Assembly (NCBI GenBank): GCA_963544995.1
Contig: CAUUHH010000001.1
Span: forward strand, 31,465-95,464
Reading direction: 5' to 3'
Length of the DNA stretch: 64,000 nucleotides
Source: an uncultured Alphaproteobacteria bacterium
GTDB lineage: Bacteria > Pseudomonadota > Alphaproteobacteria > Rs-D84 > CACZYB01
Part shown: positions 37,642 through 47,802 of the stretch, piece after piece
Position numbering within the stretch: the first letter of the stretch is position 1
Layout of the letters: every line of letters starts with the position of its first letter
Notes under the pieces: generated by a model
The model's database searches: none
The model's input: the letters and a program-made list of their open reading frames with translations, nothing else
Told to the model about the DNA's origin: nothing
Program-made: the position numbers and the translations under genes

Positions 37642-39287
37642 TTCATAATGGCATATTCTTTTGCAGATGCATCTTCGTCACCGAAAATATCCGAGGCAGT
37701 AGCTATTTTCAATTTTTCTATTTTATCATTTGATACAACACGAAATGCAAAACTGTTTTCATCCCTGTTACTTAAGACTGGTCTTATCTGCCTATCGGAA
37801 ATTCCACTTTCTCTTATAATATTGCTTACCAAGGCAAGACGTCTTGCCGTTAATTTTTTCTTATCCAAATTATTCATGGTAGATTGCGGTAATGTTATTT
37901 CGATAGAAGAAGTTGGTCTGTCAGCAACTATTTGAGAAAAAGATCTTAATAAATTTACACTATCACCAGAAATAGCGCTGCTTTCTTTCTGAAAATCAAC
38001 TTTCATCTGTAAAACTTCTCTTGTTCCAACTTTTAATGAACCCGTTGGCTTTGCGTTTTTCTTACTGTTTTCAATCTTTGCTCTTATACTATTTACGTCT
38101 ATCAAAGGTTCCGTTTTAACTGTAGCTCCAGGAACAGAATGTTTAACATCGGATTTATTAGATTCTTCTTTCGCATTTGTTGATTTTTGTTCATCAACTA
38201 TATTTTCGCTGCCTCCACCTTCTTCTTCCGATTTTTTATCCTCTACTTTTTCCGCAGAGTCATCTGTATCTTTTGCATCATTAGTATCTTCGTTGGTATC
38301 ATCAACATTCTCTTCATCTATTTCAACAGGAGATAAATACTTATTATCAGATAAATAAGTTCTGTTTAAATCTTTTTTCAAATCAGATGGAGAGATGTAT
38401 GCGAAATTTTTCTCTATTTTCTTAAATTTTGGAGTAGTAGTAAAAATTTTTGTATCAACTTTTTCTGGTTTTAACGCCGAAAAAGCCTTTACAAAGGGAT
38501 TATCTTTTATTTTAGTTCCATAATAAATTTTTTCTGTTTTATTATTTGTTTTCTTAGTAGGTTTTATATTATCACCCATCATATATGCTAAACTTTTTGG
38601 AATTTTCCTATTATTTGCAAGTGTTATTTCTTCTTCCCCTTCATAATCTTGATATTTAGGTGTTTGTTCTTTATGTTCAACTATTGGAAATAGAGGTGTG
38701 TTTGTATTACTATTTGCAACTGAAACAGTTTTATCCATTATTACTGGTGGTGTAAAATTTTTATGATTTTTTGTTTTATTTTGTTTCCTGTTTTTTTTAG
38801 GAGGAATGTTTGTAAATACCTTTTCCCCTACATTACTGCTATTTTCAAATTCTTTTGGTGAAGTCATAGAAACTAATACTTCTTCCCCTTCACCTATATT
38901 TAAATTATCAAACCTATCAATAATTTTTGATTCTTTTCTTTCTATTACAGGTTTATTAACAGCAACTTTTGCAACAAACTTTTCTATTTTTCTAAATGAT
39001 TTCGTTTCAGAAGATTTCAGTTCTTCAATTTTATTATTTTTATTCTCAACGCTATCAGAAATTTTTAAATTTTGTTTTGTATCATTTTCTATTTTTGTTT
39101 CTGTGTTTAAATCTTCATCATCTGGAATGGATGCAATATTTGATACTTCTGCATCATCAATAAGAGCAATATTAGGTGCAAAGGCAGAATTTATATCTGA
39201 TGATAAATTCTGCCTTATAACATCAAGGGCATAAGAATTATTTGAGATGTAAATACACATCAAAAATAAACTTATCTTTTTTAACAT
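37635..39287 (-). CDS. Secreted low-complexity protein (K/E/N/D/T-rich) with possible OmpA/MotB-like C-terminal peptidoglycan-binding domain.
   Basis: Signal peptide MLKKISLFLMCIYISNNSYA. About 350 aa of low-complexity charged sequence. C-terminal …LRSFSQIVADRPTSSIEI…NLDKKKLTARRLALVSNIIRESGISDRQI… loosely fits the OmpA-C motif. Overlaps the comF start by 7 nt. Confidence 0.45.
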   Translation of the reverse strand: MLKKISLFLMCIYISNNSYALDVIRQNLSSDINSAFAPNIALIDDAEVSNIASIPDDEDLNTETKIENDTKQNLKISDSVENKNNKIEELKSSETKSFRKIEKFVAKVAVNKPVIERKESKIIDRFDNLNIGEGEEVLVSMTSPKEFENSSNVGEKVFTNIPPKKNRKQNKTKNHKNFTPPVIMDKTVSVANSNTNTPLFPIVEHKEQTPKYQDYEGEEEITLANNRKIPKSLAYMMGDNIKPTKKTNNKTEKIYYGTKIKDNPFVKAFSALKPEKVDTKIFTTTPKFKKIEKNFAYISPSDLKKDLNRTYLSDNKYLSPVEIDEENVDDTNEDTNDAKDTDDSAEKVEDKKSEEEGGGSENIVDEQKSTNAKEESNKSDVKHSVPGATVKTEPLIDVNSIRAKIENSKKNAKPTGSLKVGTREVLQMKVDFQKESSAISGDSVNLLRSFSQIVADRPTSSIEITLPQSTMNNLDKKKLTARRLALVSNIIRESGISDRQIRPVLSNRDENSFAFRVVSNDKIEKLKIATASDIFGDEDASAKEYAIMKW

Positions 39288-39437
39288 TCCTTTTCCCTTT
39301 CGCTCCTTCGATGTAGGTTTTACTATGCTTTTTTTATTATATCAAGAATAAAAAATAGAAAAATGCCATTGATATAATTTTTTATATGATATATCCTGCG
39401 TCAAGATCTTGATAAGGAAAATTTTTGAAGGGGTAAT

Positions 39438-41633
39438 ATGAAAAAATTTATATCAGATAATGATATATTTAATATTTCTGTTGGTAAGTGTAATGATCCG
39501 TTTAAATTCCTTGGCATACATAAAATTGAAGAAACAGATTTTTCTGTTATAAGAGTGTTTAACCCATTTGCAACTTCTATTATTGTTTTAACAGATGATA
39601 TATCTTTTTCTCCAAGTATGGTAAAAATTCATGATAATGGTTTATTTGAAGCAATAGTTAAGAGTGATATAAAAAATTATAAACTTCTTGTTTCTTTTTA
39701 TGATGGAAAGGAAAAAGTAATTAGTGATCCATATAAATTCTCATCAACAATAGGTGATGTGGATGAATATTTATTTAATGAAGGTAAGCATACTGAATTA
39801 TTTAATAAACTAGGGGCTCATCTTGCAACAATGGATAATGAGAACGGTGTCTGTTTTGCCGTTTTTGCACCAAATGCATTTCGTGTAAGTGTTGTTGGGG
39901 ATTTTAATAATTGGGATGGCAGAGTCCATGTTATGAGAAAAAATATCAATAGTGGTATATGGGATATTTTTATTCCTGGTATTGTTGAAGGTGTCGTTTA
40001 TAAATATGAAATACTAGATAAAAATCAAAACTTACTACCTCTTAAAACTGATCCATTTGGGTATTTCCAAGAAATGAGACCTAAAACTGCTTCTGTGGTT
40101 TATAATTTAGATAGATTTAAATGGTCAGATAGTGATGTGTGGAATAGTAAAAAATTTAGCATTAATAACCTTGATAAACCAGTATCCATTTATGAAGTGC
40201 ATTTTGGTTCATGGAAGAAAAAAGATGGTTGTAAGTGGCTCAGTTATAGGGATATGGCATATGATTTAGTTCCATATGTTAAAAATATGGGATTTACACA
40301 TATAGAATTGATGCCAATAATGGAATATCCATTTGATGGGTCATGGGGATATCAAACAACGGGGATGTTTGCACCTACCTCTCGTTATGGCGGGCCAGAA
40401 GATTTTCAATATTTTATAGATACATGTCATAGTAATGGAATAGGTGTAATCCTAGATTGGGTTTCAGCACATTTTCCAAAAGATGAACATGGGCTTTCTA
40501 TGTTTGATGGGACTGCACTTTATGAATATGAAGATAGCAGAAAAGGAGAGCATAAAGATTGGGGAACAAAAATTTATGATTATTCAAAAAAACAAGTAGT
40601 AAATTTTTTATTATCATCAGCTTTGTTCTGGGTAAAAAAATATAGAGTAGATGGAATTAGATTTGATGCGGTTGCATCAATGTTATATTTAGATTACAGT
40701 AGAAATTATAATGAGTGGGTACCAAATAAATATGGTGGCAAGGAAAATTTAGAGGCAATAGAGTTTTTGAAACAAGCCAATATTTTGTTATATAAGGAAG
40801 CACCTAATATTGCGACATTTGCAGAAGAATCAACTAGTTGGAAGGATGTGTCGAAACCAACAGAGGTTGGAGGTCTTGGGTTTGGATATAAGTGGAATAT
40901 GGGTTGGATGAATGATTCTTTATCATATATAACAAAAGATCCAATATATAGAAAGCATCATCATGGATTTTTGCATTTTTGTTCAGTTTATGCTTTTAAT
41001 GAAAATTTTGTTCTTCCTATTTCTCATGATGAAGTAGTACATGGCAAAAAAAATATGATAAATAAAATGCCAGGTGATGAATGGCAAAAATTTGCAAATC
41101 TTCGTTTATTTTATTCTATGATGTGGACATTTCCTGGAAAAAAGTTATTATTTATGGGGTGTGAAATAGCACAATATGAAGAATGGGATAAAGATAGCAG
41201 TATCAGTTGGCATTTATTATCAGACAGCAGACATAAGGCTGTGCAAAGTATAGTAAGAGATTTAAATACTATATATAGAAAAGAAGCTGCATTGTATGAA
41301 AATGATGCAAATGCAGCTGGGTTTTCGTGGATTTGTAGTGATGATAATCAAAATAGTGTTTTTTCATACATAAGATATGCAAAAGATAAAAACGATTATT
41401 TGATAATAGTTTTAAATATGACTCCGGTCGTTAGAAATAATTATAGAATAGGAATTCCAGATAGTGGAATATTTACGGAAATTTTTAATAGTGATGATGA
41501 AAAATACACTGGATCTGGAATTAAAAATAGCACATTTATAAAATATGAAAATATACAAAGTCATGGACATGAATTTTCAATAGAATTAACATTGCCACCA
41601 CTTGGTTGTTTAATATTAAAGCCACTTAATTAA
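39438..41633 (+). CDS. glgB: 1,4-alpha-glucan branching enzyme.
   Basis: 731 aa. N-terminal CBM48 domain. GH13 catalytic core (…GFTHIELMPIMEYPFDGSWGYQTTG…, …VDGIRFDAVASMLY…, …FAEESTSW…, …HDEVVHGK…) and C-terminal beta domain. Confidence 0.9.
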   Translation: MKKFISDNDIFNISVGKCNDPFKFLGIHKIEETDFSVIRVFNPFATSIIVLTDDISFSPSMVKIHDNGLFEAIVKSDIKNYKLLVSFYDGKEKVISDPYKFSSTIGDVDEYLFNEGKHTELFNKLGAHLATMDNENGVCFAVFAPNAFRVSVVGDFNNWDGRVHVMRKNINSGIWDIFIPGIVEGVVYKYEILDKNQNLLPLKTDPFGYFQEMRPKTASVVYNLDRFKWSDSDVWNSKKFSINNLDKPVSIYEVHFGSWKKKDGCKWLSYRDMAYDLVPYVKNMGFTHIELMPIMEYPFDGSWGYQTTGMFAPTSRYGGPEDFQYFIDTCHSNGIGVILDWVSAHFPKDEHGLSMFDGTALYEYEDSRKGEHKDWGTKIYDYSKKQVVNFLLSSALFWVKKYRVDGIRFDAVASMLYLDYSRNYNEWVPNKYGGKENLEAIEFLKQANILLYKEAPNIATFAEESTSWKDVSKPTEVGGLGFGYKWNMGWMNDSLSYITKDPIYRKHHHGFLHFCSVYAFNENFVLPISHDEVVHGKKNMINKMPGDEWQKFANLRLFYSMMWTFPGKKLLFMGCEIAQYEEWDKDSSISWHLLSDSRHKAVQSIVRDLNTIYRKEAALYENDANAAGFSWICSDDNQNSVFSYIRYAKDKNDYLIIVLNMTPVVRNNYRIGIPDSGIFTEIFNSDDEKYTGSGIKNSTFIKYENIQSHGHEFSIELTLPPLGCLILKPLN

Positions 41634-44600
41634 TTTTCCATCCATTCTTTTACCCGCGCCAAGTGATTAAATTCTCCATATTGTTTTATATTATTACCTA
41701 CGATTCCTTCGTTTGGACGACAGGTATATGGGGTATTTGGATCAGAGAAAAGTTTTATAGTGTTTAACAATTTTGCCTCAGCTAAATTTATCAATTCATC
41801 TATATCTTCGTCGATAATAATTTCTTTACAATCTTTTAAATTCCCTAATTTTATATATTTTAATGCATTTATTGGCCTTGGTCTGATATCTTTAAATCCG
41901 TTATTCTTAAGTATAATAGCTTCTATCAATAATTGTGGATAGATTCCTTCTTTTACTGATTTTTTAGCGGGTGTAGTTCCTGTTTTATAATCATATATAC
42001 AAATTGTATTATCTTTTAAAACATCAATCCTATCGGCATTTGCTGTTATAGTAAAATCATTTGTAATTTCAAATTCACCTTCATTTTCGACGTAGGTTTT
42101 TTCTATTTTATCTATTATTCCTTTTTCATATTCGATAAACCAAGTTGCAATATCATTAAATTTAGTTTGCCAAAAACTGATTTCTGGAATGTCTTTAAAT
42201 ATTTTTGAATTGTTGTAGAGTAAATTTTTCAACTCTTCTACTGTAGTCATATTTTGCAATTTATAGGTTTCTAGACTTTTATGTATGATAGTTCCTATAT
42301 CTGAAGCACTAGGTAGTTTATTTATTTCATCCAATTTTTTAAGTTTTAAAATTTTTCCAGCAAAGACTGTATAAGGGTCTTGATACCATTTTTCTATCCA
42401 AGTTGCAGATAATTTTTTTGGTCTGGCATATAATGGCGGAATAGGCGTAGGTTTTGAAATTCTTTTCCTTTTAATATTCCTGTAAGTCCCGTTCCACCAT
42501 GATTTGATATCTTCATTTAAACCTGTATCTAAAGATAGATTATTTAATTTAAGTATAGCATCTAGTTTTGTAATCCATCTGGATGGAATAGTTGTAAAAC
42601 CATCGACCTTATTAGAGTTAGTTAAAATAATATTTTTTTTACAAAAAAATTCTGTAAAATCATGAGAAGAAAGACCTATCTTTTTTTCAGGAAGAGGAAG
42701 TTTAAATTCTGCTTTCATAGATCTGTTCATCCATGGATCATCAGATGTTATACGAGGAAATGTTTGTTCATTTAATCCAGATAAAATATAATAATCTGCA
42801 TCTAATAACCTGGCTTCGATAGAATTCATAATAGCAATATTAGGATGAAAATTAGAGGTAGGTCTTAATGAAATAGAAAATAGATAATTTGAAATAAATG
42901 TAAAATATGCCTTGGCAGTCATCCCGTCGATCATTCCAATTAATTTATCGTTTGAATAATCTGTTTTAATATTTTCCAAATCTTTAAGTAGTGTCCTTAA
43001 TTCATCACTTAAACTGTTACCATTGTCATCACCCCATAAAATAGAGGTGGTATCAATATCAGTTGCATTTACAAAAGTTTCAACTAATTCAAGGTGGCTC
43101 TTTAGTAAATCGTATAGGTTATATTTTACTCCATCTGTCATTTTATCAGTGAAATTTTTTGTAATGGATTTTAAATGTAAAATTAAATTTTTGATATTTT
43201 TATAATCTGTTTGAAGTACTGTTAATTGATCATTAGATTTTTTTTCAAATGGCAATTTGTTTACAATGTAATCATCAATAAAATCCAATATACTATCGAG
43301 GCCATTGAAACAAGAGCCTTTTCTTAGTACATGAATTTCTAATTTTTGTATTATCTCATTTAATTCATTTTTATTATATAAAATATTTGTATATTTATGT
43401 CTTAATACTGACAATAATAAAAAAGGTTCAAAATTTTTGTAAATCATTTTTAAAACTAGTATTATATAATTGCCAGTGATGCTGTCACTTGCATGAATTC
43501 CAGCGGAATCATCAACAACTATATTCCATTTTTTAAGGTAACTTGATACTGATTTCGCAATTTTTCTGTCCGGAGTTATAAGTATTGCTTTCTTTTTTTC
43601 AAACACAACTTTCCTTAAAAAATGAGAAATTGCAAAAACTTCCTCTGCTTCATTTTTCATATTTAAATATGATATACCATCTATTATTTCTTTTGTAAGA
43701 CCAGTTGCTGTATTTACGTTATTATCCATTTCAGCAAAAGCCATAATTTGTGATGAAAGCAGCTCTCTGTATTTAGAGGTAGCATCATACTCATCATATA
43801 AAGGTAAATCGGGGACATCAGCAATCTTTACACCAAGATTATTTACTAATCTTACCAAGCTGTATTGTGGGTGGTTTTGATTTGTTGTTGGATAGTCTGA
43901 TAATAAAAATTTTATATCCTTTTCTGTTAGATTTTTATCCAACCCTGGCAGAATTAAATATCCATTATCCATATTTGCTATATTTTGTAACATTTTTGAA
44001 ATAGGGATGAGCGAGCCGGTTGAGCCGCAGGCAAAAATTCTTCCTTTTGGTTTATTTCGTTTCCAAAAATCAACTTGAGCTTCGATTAGTTTTATTTTTC
44101 TATCTATTGGATTTAGATAACCTATTTGAGATAATAATTTCGGATATTCCTCGGTAATTACCTTTAAAAATTTTAATGTTTCTTGCCAATGTATTGAATA
44201 TTCATCTGGAACTATTTTATCAAGATTTTTAAAATCTAATTGCTCCATTTCAACCGTATCCATAAGGTGAGCAAGTTCAACAGCAAGAGAATAAGATTGT
44301 TCCTCGGTTATATCTTCACCTAGATAACTATAATCTTTTACAATCTTTGATAAAATTAGGGCTCGCTCTACTTTAGGAATACTTTTTTTAATATCTTTTG
44401 TTAAATAATTATCATGATCAGATATAGAAATTTCATCTTCATCTATATCACCAAGTGGATATATATATGGTAAAATAGCGGCATCATTTTTGCTTAATTT
44501 TAAAAAAGTGCTTTTTATATGGCGACAAGCCCGTCTAGTTGGAAGTAAAATTATATCATTTGCAACATTTAAATTTTGTGATTTTGCTGTTTCTATTATG

Positions 44601-44659
44601 TAAGATGTAAGGACATCAAGGAAAGGATATCTGGGGGATATATTATATACATTAGGCAT
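41630..44659 (-). CDS. addB: Double-strand break repair protein AddB (alphaproteobacterial type, C-terminal PD-(D/E)XK nuclease).
   Basis: About 1000 aa. Inactivated helicase-like N-terminus. C-terminal nuclease motif …DRIDVLKDNTICIYDYKTG… and terminal Cys cluster. Start chosen at MPNVYNISPRYPFLD; the ORF-track start is at 44719. Confidence 0.8.
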   Translation of the reverse strand: MPNVYNISPRYPFLDVLTSYIIETAKSQNLNVANDIILLPTRRACRHIKSTFLKLSKNDAAILPYIYPLGDIDEDEISISDHDNYLTKDIKKSIPKVERALILSKIVKDYSYLGEDITEEQSYSLAVELAHLMDTVEMEQLDFKNLDKIVPDEYSIHWQETLKFLKVITEEYPKLLSQIGYLNPIDRKIKLIEAQVDFWKRNKPKGRIFACGSTGSLIPISKMLQNIANMDNGYLILPGLDKNLTEKDIKFLLSDYPTTNQNHPQYSLVRLVNNLGVKIADVPDLPLYDEYDATSKYRELLSSQIMAFAEMDNNVNTATGLTKEIIDGISYLNMKNEAEEVFAISHFLRKVVFEKKKAILITPDRKIAKSVSSYLKKWNIVVDDSAGIHASDSITGNYIILVLKMIYKNFEPFLLLSVLRHKYTNILYNKNELNEIIQKLEIHVLRKGSCFNGLDSILDFIDDYIVNKLPFEKKSNDQLTVLQTDYKNIKNLILHLKSITKNFTDKMTDGVKYNLYDLLKSHLELVETFVNATDIDTTSILWGDDNGNSLSDELRTLLKDLENIKTDYSNDKLIGMIDGMTAKAYFTFISNYLFSISLRPTSNFHPNIAIMNSIEARLLDADYYILSGLNEQTFPRITSDDPWMNRSMKAEFKLPLPEKKIGLSSHDFTEFFCKKNIILTNSNKVDGFTTIPSRWITKLDAILKLNNLSLDTGLNEDIKSWWNGTYRNIKRKRISKPTPIPPLYARPKKLSATWIEKWYQDPYTVFAGKILKLKKLDEINKLPSASDIGTIIHKSLETYKLQNMTTVEELKNLLYNNSKIFKDIPEISFWQTKFNDIATWFIEYEKGIIDKIEKTYVENEGEFEITNDFTITANADRIDVLKDNTICIYDYKTGTTPAKKSVKEGIYPQLLIEAIILKNNGFKDIRPRPINALKYIKLGNLKDCKEIIIDEDIDELINLAEAKLLNTIKLFSDPNTPYTCRPNEGIVGNNIKQYGEFNHLARVKEWMEN

Positions 44660-44672
44660 AAATTTTCCTTTG

Positions 44673-45935
44673 TTATTTTTCAAATAGTTCCTTGTATACA
44701 TCAATCGATGGATAGCCATCCTCTATTATATCTCTGCCTGTTTTATATTTTTTATTATTTTGTTTTAAAAATTTTTGATATTTTTTTATTGAGATAGCAG
44801 TAATCTTTCCATAAAACCCAGTTGGATTTGCATCATAAAATTTTAACTCTTTTAATCTTGTTTGTATTTGATTTATTTGTTTATGACTTAATGAATGTAT
44901 ATTTTTCCAATTAGATGGTCTGTAAATTGCGCCTTTATTATTGTACTTTATTGCATCTGATAAAAGACAAACTGATAATGCATAATTTGTTGATGCATTC
45001 CAATTCATAATATATTTAAAATTTTTATATACCATAAATATTACTCCATCAGAACCGATAGGAGCAATTAAAGTTGCGAGAGATTTATTTTTATCAACTA
45101 TTTTATTTTTTGGAATATTCACACCTAAACTTGCAAAAAATTTTGCAGATTCCCATTTATTTGAATTGATATATTCCCATGCTTTGGTATTAGATTTACT
45201 TACTATTACAGGTGTACCCCAAGTAACAGAACTATCCCACCCCATCTTTTTTAAATAATTTCCAGCGGAATGCATTGCATCAACTATATCACCAGTAATA
45301 TTTTTAAAACCATCATTATTCCCATCAATTGCATAGGTATTAAATGTTGATGGCATAAATTGAAAATTACCAAATGCACCAGCCCAAGAACCATATAATT
45401 GTGATATAGTCATATCTTTTTTATCAATTATTTTTAAAGCATGAATTAATTCCTTTTTAAAAAATTCTGATCGTCTAGAATTATATGCAAGAGTTGTAAG
45501 AGCCTCTATTAAATCATAATTACCCTTTATTTCACCATATAAGGTTTCAAGTCCCCAAAAAGAAACAATTATTTCTGGTGGAATTTTATATTTGTCATAT
45601 ACATTTTTTAGTAAAGTTTTATAATTTTGCATCATAAATTTACCAATTTTTATTCGCTTTTTACTTAATGCAGAATCCATATATTTATAAAAAGTTTTAT
45701 TAAATTCTGGTTGATAATTATCAGCATTGATAACCTTTGGATTATATTTTATATTTTCAAAAGCAAGAACCAGCGTATCCTTTGATATATTATGTTTTTT
45801 TTCTGCCTCATCCTTAAAAGATTTTATCCAATATAAAAAATCTGTTTTATTATAAGAATCATTATTACCTTTTTTTAATGCACTGGTAGAGCAGTTGCTG
45901 AATAATAATAAAGCTATAAATAAAAATTGTTTCAT
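44673..45935 (-). CDS. Lytic murein transglycosylase (MltB/Slt35 family) with C-terminal peptidoglycan-binding domain.
   Basis: Signal/lipobox-like N-terminus (LLFSNCST). Transglycosylase core (…EALTTLAYNSRR…, …GSWAGAFGNFQFMPSTF…DGNNDG…). C-terminal PG_binding_1 (…TRLKELKFYDANPTGFYGKITAISIKKYQKF…). Confidence 0.75.
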   Translation of the reverse strand: MKQFLFIALLLFSNCSTSALKKGNNDSYNKTDFLYWIKSFKDEAEKKHNISKDTLVLAFENIKYNPKVINADNYQPEFNKTFYKYMDSALSKKRIKIGKFMMQNYKTLLKNVYDKYKIPPEIIVSFWGLETLYGEIKGNYDLIEALTTLAYNSRRSEFFKKELIHALKIIDKKDMTISQLYGSWAGAFGNFQFMPSTFNTYAIDGNNDGFKNITGDIVDAMHSAGNYLKKMGWDSSVTWGTPVIVSKSNTKAWEYINSNKWESAKFFASLGVNIPKNKIVDKNKSLATLIAPIGSDGVIFMVYKNFKYIMNWNASTNYALSVCLLSDAIKYNNKGAIYRPSNWKNIHSLSHKQINQIQTRLKELKFYDANPTGFYGKITAISIKKYQKFLKQNNKKYKTGRDIIEDGYPSIDVYKELFEK

Positions 45936-45939
45936 ATGG

Positions 45940-47781
45940 CTAATTACTCCTTGCAATATCATCAACAATTATTTGAATAGTTTTTTTACCGTTCCATTCA
46001 TTAATTCTAATTTTTCCAGCTATATTAAATCTGTCGCCTATACTATTTAATAATGTTTCACCCAGATTTGTATCTGATACTTTATATGCAATACATGAAA
46101 TACTTTTACCATTATCGGATGCAATATAAAACCTTATATGTCCGCCATTTAGAGCATCACTTCCCGTTAATTTTGCATTTAAAATAGCAAACCTTGGTTC
46201 CTCGTTTGCGGTTCCAAATGGTTCAAGAATGGATAATTTTTCAACAAATTCACCAGTTATCCCTGTTATATCAATTAAAGAATCTATTTTTAATACAGGT
46301 ATTATTTTTTTTGATGAAGTTGCTTCGTTTATATAATCTTTTAAAAATTCTTTAAATTTTGGAATAGAATCTTTATGTAATGAAAAACCAGCGGCCATTA
46401 TGTGACCACCACCTTCTAATAAAATACCTAGTTCTTTTGCTCTTATTATTGCGGTTCCAAGATCTATTTCCGGTATGCTTCTTCCACTGCCATTTGCAAT
46501 ACCATTATCATCTATTGTTGCGACACAGGTTGGTAAATTATATCTTTCTTTTATCCTACCTGCAATTATACCTATTACTCCGGTATGCCAATTATTACCA
46601 CTTACGAAAATGAAATTATCATCTGGAGTTATAGAATTTGATACTTTATCAAATGCTTCCTGTAATACAGATTGTTCTATATCCTTTCTAGTATTATTAA
46701 AATTATTTAATTTTGTAGCCAGATTATTTGCAACAATAAAATCTCTGGATGAAAGTAATTGGGCCCCTATTGAAGAATTTCCAACCCTACCACCAGCATT
46801 TATCCTTGGCCCCAAAATATATCCCAGATGATATACTGTAGGTGCAGTTTTAATTTCAGCAATATCACATAAAGATTTTAATCCAATATTTTGGCGTTTT
46901 GCCATAACCTTTGTCCCAACAGCTACAAAAGCTCTGTTTGCATTTACGAGTGGTACAACGTCACACACCGTTCCAAGAGCCACTAAATCAAGATAAGAAA
47001 AGAGATCAGGTTCTGGAATCTTATTTTTTTCATAAAATCCATCTTCGCGTAATGTTTTATTTAAAGCTACGACAAATAAAAACACTACTCCACATGCAGC
47101 AAGATATGTCAGATTTGATGTATCGTCCATACGTTTTGCATCCACGACAGCAACTGCATTTGGAATTTTGGTTTCTGCCTCGTGATGGTCCATGACTATT
47201 ATATCAAGGCCCATATTATTACCTTCGTCGATAGCAGCAAATCCCGTAATACCACAATCAACGCTAACTACTAAGCTAACACCTTTGTCTTTTAATTCTT
47301 TCAAACCTTGTTTATTAACACCATACCCCTCTTGTTGTCTATCTGGAATATGAATAAAAATATTTCTTAAACCTATATCATATAAAAACCTGTACAGAAC
47401 AGAGGTGCTGGTTGCTCCATCGACATCATAATCTCCAAATATACCGATAGATTCATTATTATAAATTGCCTTTACCATCCTAGTAACTGCACGGTCCATA
47501 TCTTTCATAATAAATGGGGATGGCATTAAAGTTTTAAGTTGAGGATTTAAATAATTTTGTATTTCATCAAATGGAATATTCCTTGTAGATATAATTTTTG
47601 CAATGACGTCAGGTAAATCATACTTTTGAATTATTGTTGTAATTAATCTTTCGTCAAAAATCGGCAACTGCCATCTATAATTATTTAATGATGAGATTTC
47701 AGTTACCAAAAAGTCATTTTTATCGTTTTTATTGCCCTGCACCATTACTAATTCTTTCTGATAAGAATAGCTGTCAAACAA
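45940..47781 (-). CDS. recJ: Single-stranded-DNA-specific exonuclease RecJ.
   Basis: DHH motifs (…GDYDVDGATS…, …DHHE…), DHHA1 (…GGGHIMAAG…) and C-terminal OB-fold. 613 aa. Confidence 0.85.
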   Translation of the reverse strand: MFDSYSYQKELVMVQGNKNDKNDFLVTEISSLNNYRWQLPIFDERLITTIIQKYDLPDVIAKIISTRNIPFDEIQNYLNPQLKTLMPSPFIMKDMDRAVTRMVKAIYNNESIGIFGDYDVDGATSTSVLYRFLYDIGLRNIFIHIPDRQQEGYGVNKQGLKELKDKGVSLVVSVDCGITGFAAIDEGNNMGLDIIVMDHHEAETKIPNAVAVVDAKRMDDTSNLTYLAACGVVFLFVVALNKTLREDGFYEKNKIPEPDLFSYLDLVALGTVCDVVPLVNANRAFVAVGTKVMAKRQNIGLKSLCDIAEIKTAPTVYHLGYILGPRINAGGRVGNSSIGAQLLSSRDFIVANNLATKLNNFNNTRKDIEQSVLQEAFDKVSNSITPDDNFIFVSGNNWHTGVIGIIAGRIKERYNLPTCVATIDDNGIANGSGRSIPEIDLGTAIIRAKELGILLEGGGHIMAAGFSLHKDSIPKFKEFLKDYINEATSSKKIIPVLKIDSLIDITGITGEFVEKLSILEPFGTANEEPRFAILNAKLTGSDALNGGHIRFYIASDNGKSISCIAYKVSDTNLGETLLNSIGDRFNIAGKIRINEWNGKKTIQIIVDDIARSN

Positions 47782-47802
47782 TTATCATAATTGATTTATA
47801 AA

